From: Robiginitomaculum sp.
Lineage (GTDB): Bacteria; Pseudomonadota; Alphaproteobacteria; Caulobacterales; Maricaulaceae
DNA: 32,000 nucleotides
Assembly: GCA_965224735.1 (NCBI GenBank)
Contig: OZ245059.1
Location: 2,361-34,360, forward strand
Direction of reading: 5' to 3'
Under the pieces are notes generated by a model. The model did no database searches. It was given only the letters and a program-made list of their open reading frames with translations, and was not told the origin of the DNA. Positions 25,566 through 32,000 of the stretch are shown piece after piece; the stretch's first letter is position 1, and the number at the start of each line of letters is the position of its first letter. A program made the translations under genes and the position numbers.

Positions 25566-25584
25566 GTGAAAATTGGTTAGGGCC
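25566..25584 (+). repeat. Cassette junction motif J5
   Basis: GTGAAAATTGGTTAGGGCC, followed by TGGTATATTTGATGC (toxin tail). Confidence 0.85.
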
Positions 25585-25667
25585 TGGTATATTTGATGCA
25601 TTAGACAAACACGCCGCAGACCGTCTAAGACGAGTTTTCTCAGGATGTTAATATGATGAAAAATTAG
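25580..25667 (+). pseudogene. Toxin-tail stub R3 plus truncated I1-type immunity start (array end)
   Basis: GPGIFDALDKHAADRLRRVFSGC* is followed by ATG ATG AAA AAT TAG. I1 begins ATGATGAAAACT, and homology is lost at ~25663. Confidence 0.8.
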
Positions 25668-25785
25668 GAGCTACCCTAGATACCTAGTTCAAATACCTTT
25701 TAACCCATTGTTTTAGCTGCCTTAACTGTGTCAGTGGGTCTGGGGTGACAGCAATAGGGATGCGGCACTAAGAGTAAGAGCCCGC

Positions 25786-26268
25786 TTAAGTCAGGCTTGC
25801 GATCAGCCCCGCGCTTGCTATCTCTAGGAGATCCAAGGCGTGATCAAAACCATTCAACTCACCATGATAGGGATCAGGAACCTCGGTGAGGCCAGCTGTT
25901 TTATCTGCGTGCCCATAGCTTAAAAATAGCTTTAATTTCTGGCGGTAGGCCTGCGGGCAAGACATTTTTAAATCACGTAAATTAGTACTATCCATGGCCA
26001 GGATAAGATCGAATGTGCCAAAATCGAGCTTTTCTATTTTGCGGGCGGTTTGGCCTGCAAAAGAATAACTCCGGCGCTCGCCTGTCGCTTGGGCGCGCGG
26101 ATCAGGCGGCTCGCCTTGATGCCATGCGCCCGTTCCTGCACTGTCTATGCGAAGAGTAAGGCCCGCGTTTTTGGCAAATTTTCTAAACACAACTTCGGCG
26201 GTCGGGGAACGGCAAATATTACCAAGGCAGACAAATAAAACGGAGTTTGGCGCAGTGTCTCGCGGCAT
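25786..26268 (-). CDS. Low-molecular-weight protein tyrosine phosphatase
   Basis: P-loop VLFVCLGNICRSPTAE (CX5R-S) and the DPY loop VPDPYHG. It starts 2 nt after the response-regulator stop. Confidence 0.85.
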   Translation of the reverse strand: MPRDTAPNSVLFVCLGNICRSPTAEVVFRKFAKNAGLTLRIDSAGTGAWHQGEPPDPRAQATGERRSYSFAGQTARKIEKLDFGTFDLILAMDSTNLRDLKMSCPQAYRQKLKLFLSYGHADKTAGLTEVPDPYHGELNGFDHALDLLEIASAGLIASLT

Positions 26269-26270
26269 TT

Positions 26271-26816
26271 TTATTTTGGAGCGCGCTTGGCAAGAATACG
26301 TTGTAACGTGCGGCGGTGCATGTTGAGACGGCGCGCAGTTTCTGAAACATTCTTATCGCAAAGCTCATATATACGCTGAATGTGCTCCCATCGCACACGA
26401 TCTGCCGACATTGGATTTTCAGGCGGGCTTGGTTTGACATCAATTGATAGCAAGGATTTACACACATCATCTGCGTCTGCAGGCTTGGCCAAATAATCAA
26501 CAGCCCCGCTTTTAATGGCCGATACTGCAGTTGCAAGATTGCCATATCCTGTAAGCATGACCATACGGCAATCTGGGCGGTGCTCGTGCAGCAGCACAAC
26601 AATGTCCAGCCCGCTCCCATCATTAAGGCGCATGTCCAAAACGGCGAAGGCTGGTGGATTTGATTTAACGATTGCAGTTGCCTGGGCAATGCTTTGGGCG
26701 AGGACTACATCAAACCCGCGGGCTTCAAGGGCGCGCCCAAGCCGGATGCGAAACGCTTGGTCATCTTCTAAAACCATGAGTTTATTGTCTTGTGGTATTT
26801 TGTATTGTATGCTCAC
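26271..26816 (-). CDS. ActR/RegA/PrrA-type response regulator
   Basis: Receiver domain (LVLEDD...AVLDMRLNDGSGL...MLTGYGNLATAVSAIKSGAVDYLAKP) and the C-terminal Fis-like HTH NVSETARRLNMHRRTLQRILAKR, characteristic of RegA/ActR. Confidence 0.85.
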   Translation of the reverse strand: MSIQYKIPQDNKLMVLEDDQAFRIRLGRALEARGFDVVLAQSIAQATAIVKSNPPAFAVLDMRLNDGSGLDIVVLLHEHRPDCRMVMLTGYGNLATAVSAIKSGAVDYLAKPADADDVCKSLLSIDVKPSPPENPMSADRVRWEHIQRIYELCDKNVSETARRLNMHRRTLQRILAKRAPK

Positions 26817-26976
26817 GCCAAGCGACCTTCTAATATTTTATAATTATACTTAAAGTCTTTCACTATCCCAATTATGAGGTGACGTATAGGGCATAATTGT
26901 TGAATTATTGTGCAATCTAACACAGAGGCTGTACACCTAGCGATAAACCTTCAAAAGGCGCCTCTTTTTGGAATGC

Positions 26977-28566
26977 TTATATTTTGTTTTTGATCATATC
27001 TGCGGCGCGTTCTGCGATCATAATCGTTGGCGCATTTGTGTTACCTGAAACGAGTTGCGGCATGACCGACGCGTCGATAACTCGCAAACCTTTAAGGCCG
27101 TGAACTTTCAAAGTCGGCTCGACAACAGCCATAGCGTCAATACCCATTTTGCACGTTCCAACTGGATGATAAACTGTATCGGCGCGCGTGCGTATTTCTG
27201 TGCGCCAATCCTCATCTGACATGTCTTCGCTACTATAGAGCCGTTTGCCTTTAACAGGCTTAAACGCAGGAGATTTTACAATACGGTCAACCAGTTTAAC
27301 GCCTTTAAGAAGCACGTCCATATCCTCATCTTCCTCCAAAAATGCGGGGTCAATAAGCGGCGCGGCATATGGATCTTTGCTTGCCAGTTTCACACTGCCG
27401 CGCGACTTGGGACGCAGCACACAAACATGGCACGAATACCCATGCCCCCAATGGGATTTGCGCGCGTGGTCATCGACTATGCCCACAACGAAATGCGTTT
27501 GAAGATCTGGCACGTCTATATCGGGACTGGATTTATAAAACCCGCCAACCTCCGCAAAGTTGGACGTGAACATGCCTGTTTTGTGTTTTTTATACTCCAA
27601 CACGCCCTTAAGCGCCCGCCAGGCTCCAACCAATGAATACCCTAATGTATCTTTGCTTTTGGATTTATAAGAGATGATATAATCAATATGGTCGTGCAGG
27701 TTCTCTCCAACACCAGGCAGATGATGAGTGCACTTTATTTTATGCTTTGCCAGTTCATCTTTATCCCCAATCCCTGAGAGCATAAGCACTTGCGGAGAGC
27801 CAAAAACGCCCGCGCACAGGAGGACTTCTTTATTCACGGCAATAGTTTTACTGGTGCCGTTGACATTGTAATTAACACTAACGGCGCTGCCGTTTTCAAT
27901 ATTGATTTTTGTTGTTGTAGCTCCTGTGATGATGGTTAAGTTTGGGCGGCCTAGATGCGGCGTGAGGTAGGCTTTAGCCGCGCTATATCGTTGGCCATTT
28001 TTCTGGGTCACTTCATAACGTCCCGTGCCTTCAAATTGTGTTCCGTTAAAGTCATCGGTTTTAGGGAGCTGCATTTGCCTACAAGCATCAAGATAATGCT
28101 CCGCGATAGGATTAGGTGATTGTAGATTTGCCACATTGAGCGGGCCGCCTTGCCCGCGTAAATCATCCGCGCCAGTTTCCCTGTTTTCAGATTTTTTAAA
28201 ATAAGGCAAAACATTGTCCCAGCCCCAACCTTTGGCACCCATTTTCTCCCAATTATCATAATCGGACTTATGCCCGCGAATATAGATCATGGCATTAATA
28301 GAGCTCGATCCACCCAAAGTTTTGCCGCGCGGTTGATACCCTTTGCGGCCATTCAACCCCTTTTGCGGCACAGTTTCAAAGCCCCAATTTAACTTGCCAG
28401 GCTTTGGCATAAGCGCCGCCGCACCTGCTGGTACATGGATAAGAAAACTATCATCCTTAGGCCCCGCTTCAAGCAAACACACAGATATATTCGCATCTTC
28501 TGTCAAGCGCCCAGCAAGGGTACACCCCGCCGAGCCAGCGCCAATAATTATATAATCAAATTCCAT
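26977..28566 (-). CDS. GMC-family FAD oxidoreductase (choline/alcohol dehydrogenase-like)
   Basis: MEFDYIIIGAGSAGCTLAGRL, RGKTLGGSSSINAMIYIRG, ...YHPVGTCKMG... and NTNAPTIMIAERAAD. Start trimmed to the ATG at 28566. Confidence 0.85.
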   Translation of the reverse strand: MEFDYIIIGAGSAGCTLAGRLTEDANISVCLLEAGPKDDSFLIHVPAGAAALMPKPGKLNWGFETVPQKGLNGRKGYQPRGKTLGGSSSINAMIYIRGHKSDYDNWEKMGAKGWGWDNVLPYFKKSENRETGADDLRGQGGPLNVANLQSPNPIAEHYLDACRQMQLPKTDDFNGTQFEGTGRYEVTQKNGQRYSAAKAYLTPHLGRPNLTIITGATTTKINIENGSAVSVNYNVNGTSKTIAVNKEVLLCAGVFGSPQVLMLSGIGDKDELAKHKIKCTHHLPGVGENLHDHIDYIISYKSKSKDTLGYSLVGAWRALKGVLEYKKHKTGMFTSNFAEVGGFYKSSPDIDVPDLQTHFVVGIVDDHARKSHWGHGYSCHVCVLRPKSRGSVKLASKDPYAAPLIDPAFLEEDEDMDVLLKGVKLVDRIVKSPAFKPVKGKRLYSSEDMSDEDWRTEIRTRADTVYHPVGTCKMGIDAMAVVEPTLKVHGLKGLRVIDASVMPQLVSGNTNAPTIMIAERAADMIKNKI

Positions 28567-28600
28567 TTTTAAAAATATCCTTGGTTTTGTAATTGTAGGA

Positions 28601-29197
28601 TTATGCCTTTGCAGGCACGCCAATACAGCGCACAGCATCTATGCCAGAGGCGCGGCTTGATAGCAAAATGGAACTGCGGGCGGGCACCATAGGGTCACGA
28701 ATATAAAACCCTTGCGAGCCCTCTTTCACAACCATCGCCCAATGGGTTTTACGCGAGGCAAGATCAAACTTCACCAAAGGATAATACCCTGCCGCAAGAC
28801 AAGCACGAATAACTTCATCATCTTTACGATTATAAAAATAGGTTTTGGCAATGCCGCCTGTCGCTTTTTCAAGGCCGCTCCAGACCAACCAACCATCCTT
28901 AGTAAACCCGCTCACGGATTTAAGCCTGTTGGTCAAATCACCTGGGTCTGTGCGAAAACCAAGATTAACCAAAGCCATAGCTACAGATGTGACAAGGCAG
29001 CCATCACTTTTAAGGCTCTCGCCTGTGCCGCCTAAAGATTGCTGCGCCCAGCGTTTGTCCGTTTGCAAAAATTGAACTTTATCAGGCAGAGCATAGTTTG
29101 CGTGTGCAAAGGAATGCGGGGCGGGCAATGGAGGCGGCGTTCTGGCACATGCGCTTAAGCTCATGCCGAGCAAAGCCAATATGATTTGTCTTTGCAT
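28601..29197 (-). CDS. Lipoprotein with papain-like (C39-like) cysteine peptidase features, tentative
   Basis: MQRQIILALLGMSLSAC lipobox. Candidate catalytic Cys in LKSDGCLVTSVAMAL and His in RKTHWAMVV. The start may instead be at 29254. Confidence 0.45.
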   Translation of the reverse strand: MQRQIILALLGMSLSACARTPPPLPAPHSFAHANYALPDKVQFLQTDKRWAQQSLGGTGESLKSDGCLVTSVAMALVNLGFRTDPGDLTNRLKSVSGFTKDGWLVWSGLEKATGGIAKTYFYNRKDDEVIRACLAAGYYPLVKFDLASRKTHWAMVVKEGSQGFYIRDPMVPARSSILLSSRASGIDAVRCIGVPAKA

Positions 29198-29311
29198 AAT
29201 TTTTTGTGGCAAACTCTTTTGTGATGCTTTTTTTAGTCCCATATTTAGTCCCATACACCTTTGTAGCGCACAAAGGCTAAAATTGTATTGAAAAGCGTAG
29301 CAGTTTTAGGC

Positions 29312-29347
29312 AATTATAAGGGTAGACTGAATTATAAGGGTAGACTG
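29312..29347. repeat. 18-bp perfect tandem duplication (x2)
   Basis: AATTATAAGGGTAGACTG occurs twice, ending one nucleotide before the gshB stop codon (29349-29351) and upstream of the peptidase-like lipoprotein gene. Confidence 0.9.
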
Positions 29348-29348
29348 G

Positions 29349-30296
29349 CTAACTTTTCAGGCGTCTCTCAACCGCGTCCCAACAGAGGGCCGCAGCATCC
29401 ACGCCCGTAAAGCGTTTAAGTTCTTGCACGCCTGTGGGCGAGGTCAAATTTATCTCGGTCATTTTATCGCCGATGACATCAATGCCGACCAATATCTGCC
29501 CGCGCTCCTTAAGCATGGGGCCAATGGCGGCGCATATTTCCAAATCCATTTTAGACATCTCGATAGGCTCGGCCACGCCGCCAACATGCATGTTGGAGCG
29601 GGTTTCGCCCTTTTGCGGCACGCGGTTAATGGCGCCCGCTGGCTTGCCGTCAATTATAATGATGCGCTTATCACCGTTCTGTACGTCTTTGAGGAAAGCC
29701 TGCGCAATAATTGGCTCGCGCGAGGCGCTAAAAAACATTTCCAGTAAAGACGTGTAATTGCTATCGTCCTCTTTGACTAAAAACACACCCGCGCCGCCAT
29801 TGCCGTATAGCGGCTTTATGATAATGTTTTTATGCTTTGCGCGAAAACCATCAATCATTTGTTTGTCACGAGTGATCAGCGTATCGGGGATAATATCTGG
29901 ATACTCAAGCGGGATGATTTTCTCGGGGCAAGAGCGCACCCACTGCGGGTCGTTAGCAACCAGAGTATCGCCTCTTAGCATTTCCAAAATATGCGCTGCT
30001 GTAATATAGCCCATATCAAAGGGCGGGTCTTGGCGCATCCAAACCACGTCGACATCTTTGGCAAGGTCTAACAAACCTTCGTCTTCAAACTGAACATGAT
30101 TACCAAGTTTGCGCTGCACGCGCATACGCCGCGCCCGCGCCTGCACTTTGCCTGCATTATAGGCGAGCTGCTCGGCCCCGTAAGAATATAATGTATAGCC
30201 CCGCGCTTGCGCCGCTTCCGCCAGCGCAAAGGTCGTATCGGCATTGATATCAACGCCTTCCATAGGATCCATCTGAAATGCAATTTTTAAACTCAT
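29349..30296 (-). CDS. gshB: Glutathione synthetase (ATP-grasp)
   Basis: MSLKIAFQMDPMEGVDINADTTFALAEAAQARGY..., IIKPLYGNGGAGVF and ...RSNMHVGG...GIDVIGDKMTEINLTSPTG. Start trimmed to the Met at 30296. Confidence 0.93.
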   Translation of the reverse strand: MSLKIAFQMDPMEGVDINADTTFALAEAAQARGYTLYSYGAEQLAYNAGKVQARARRMRVQRKLGNHVQFEDEGLLDLAKDVDVVWMRQDPPFDMGYITAAHILEMLRGDTLVANDPQWVRSCPEKIIPLEYPDIIPDTLITRDKQMIDGFRAKHKNIIIKPLYGNGGAGVFLVKEDDSNYTSLLEMFFSASREPIIAQAFLKDVQNGDKRIIIIDGKPAGAINRVPQKGETRSNMHVGGVAEPIEMSKMDLEICAAIGPMLKERGQILVGIDVIGDKMTEINLTSPTGVQELKRFTGVDAAALCWDAVERRLKS

Positions 30297-30497
30297 GCCC
30301 TTAATGTGGGGTAAGCACGCCCCTAAATCAACGCCCAAATTTCACAATTATGTGAGGGATAGCTGGTTCAATTTAGGGGCTGCTTAGGGGATGCGGGCAC
30401 TTAGGGTTGAGTTTTGAATAAGCCTTGCTACTTTGTATATTTATACCATATATATGGACAAAGAAAATATATGCACAAGGAAATCAAGGGGACTTAA

Positions 30498-32000
30498 TAT
30501 GAAAAAAACACTACTCTTAAGCTTATGTGTGACGGTATTCGTAGCTTGCCAACCTGTAGAAAAAGCGCCTGATATAAAGGCAAATGTAAAAACTGCTTAC
30601 CAGCTTAATAAGGAAGCTCCAATGGAATATAAAACGCCTGGGCAAACGGATGCAGACCATTTGTGGCTTGAAGCTGTAACGGGCGCAAAGGCTCTCGCCA
30701 AAGTGCGGCAGTGGAATGAGCGCTCTGCTAAAATCATGCGAGGAGAAACCTATAAGGCAATGAAGGCAGAACTCTTGGAAGTTTACAATTCGCCTGAGAA
30801 AATTGCATATGTTAAATATCGCGGTGGGTTTGCTTATAACTTTTGGCAAGATAAAGATCATATTAAGGGTCTTTGGCGCCGCACGACATTAGCCAGTTAT
30901 CACACGGAGGATCCAAAATGGGAAACCATTTTAGATTTTGATGTCTTAGCGAAAGACGAAAATAAAAACTGGGTCTATAAGGGTACAGATTGTCTTGGCC
31001 CTGATTATAATCGTTGCATAGTTTCGCTCTCCGTTGGCGGGAAGGATGCTACTGAGCGCCGTGAATTTGACATTGTTAGTAAATCATTTGTTAAAGGCGG
31101 GTTTTTTCTGCCAGAATCCAAAGGTGGCACGGCATGGGTTGATAAAGATCACCTCTTGATAGGCGTAGATTTTGGAGCAGGGACGATGACAGATAGCGGT
31201 TATCCAATGGTGTCAAAGCTTTGGACTCGCGGCACGCCACTCTCAGATGCGCGCGAACTTTATCGCGGCCAGAAAGAAGATGTAGGCGTATGGCCTGCCA
31301 CATTTGAAAATGACAATGGCGAGGATGAAATTTTGGTTGTTCGGGCACCAACCTTTTACGATACAGAATATTATTGGGTTCCAAAAACTGGTGATCCAAA
31401 AACTGGTGATAAAGCCTGGACACCCATAAAAATTCCCGTGCCTATTAAATCCAACTTTGGTGACCAATATAAAGGGCAACTTTTAGTCACGTTGCAAGAA
31501 GACTGGCCACACAGCAAGGGCAATGTTTTTAAATCGGGTGCTTTGGTTTCGTTTTCCCTACAAGACTTTATGGTAACTGGAAAAATTGACACTGTCCACG
31601 AAGTCATTACGCCAACACAGCGCCAGTCCATAGAAAATGTTGTGGCTACAAAATCGGCTGTGCTTCTTAGCCTGTATGAAAATGTTTCGGGTTCTGTTTC
31701 GGCGCTGGACTTCTACAAAGGAAAATGGACGAAAGCCAAGTTAGATTTCCCAGAAAACGGGAATGTATCCATTGTTAGTGCCAATTCTAAAGAGGATGTT
31801 GCATTTATCGAGACAGAAAGCTTTTTGTCACCAAATACGCTTTGGGCAATTGATACAAAGAGCATGAAGAGTGAAAAACTAAAGTCTCTCCCCTCTTGGT
31901 TTGATAGTCGCTCTATGGCTGTTGAGCAGTTTGAAGTGGCTTCAACAGATGGCACTAAAATTCCATATTATGTTGTACACAAAAAAAATATGAAACTCGA
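30498..32000 (+). CDS. Prolyl oligopeptidase (S9A) family lipoprotein, N-terminal ~500 aa (continues past window end)
   Basis: Open-ended, so missing from the ORF track. ATG at 30498 with AAGGGGA upstream, and lipobox VFVAC. The frame is stop-free to base 32000. Sequence: DHLWLEAVTGAKALAKVRQWNERS...YVKYRGGFAYNFWQDKDHIKGLWRRTTLASY...WVYKGTDCL...FEVASTDGTKIPYYVVHKK, typical of the POP N-terminal/propeller region. Confidence 0.8.
31381..31410. repeat. 15-bp perfect tandem repeat x2 in the prolyl oligopeptidase gene
   Basis: CCAAAAACTGGTGAT x2 encodes PKTGD x2. Confidence 0.9.

Noticed and set aside
21306-25667. Possibility that the regularly spaced repeats form a CRISPR array
   Set aside because: The repeat period is ~560-1150 bp, and the units are protein-coding (lipoprotein genes plus toxin tails). 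There are no 25-40 bp repeats with unique spacers and no cas genes.
26219-26689. 156-aa minus-strand ORF overlapping the response regulator
   Set aside because: It is an out-of-frame overlap with the ActR/RegA-type gene, whose receiver and HTH motifs are clear. It shows no independent signal.

Overview
The window looks like an alphaproteobacterial chromosome segment. This rests on a Mic60-like/HemY pair, an ActR/RegA-type regulator, a mitochondrial-type cytochrome c and the tsaD-gpsA-yciI order. The outer thirds are mostly housekeeping genes: recR, sdhB, cytochrome c, an MscS-family channel, tRNA-Thr(CGU), hemY-like, mic60-like, tsaD, gpsA, yciI, LMW-PTP, actR-like, a GMC oxidoreductase, gshB and a prolyl oligopeptidase. 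They also hold a cluster of secreted PAN/Apple, CAP and NlpC/P60 proteins and some IS debris: an IS200 remnant and decayed IS481- and IS5-family elements lying back to back. The centre (~18.1-25.7 kb) is an accessory island and the main point of interest. It starts with a compact 1009-aa RHS/YD-repeat protein that has an N-terminal Sec-type signal and no PAAR/VgrG/T6SS context in the window. Its ~204-aa Cys-rich C-terminal domain after the DPNGL motif matches no toxin family I can recognise. Downstream lie five paralogous lipobox lipoprotein genes (putative periplasmic immunity), two orphan rhs-CT cassettes, three 72-bp toxin-tail stubs and a truncated sixth immunity start. Every cassette is joined through the same 19-nt junction, which shares GGCC-centred microhomology with three sites in the main gene. 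A 743-bp, 100% identical direct repeat links the main rhs gene to orphan 1 and would allow toxin-tip switching. The window also has an unusually high density of 12-31 bp tandem duplications. No CRISPR array, rRNA or intact prophage was seen.
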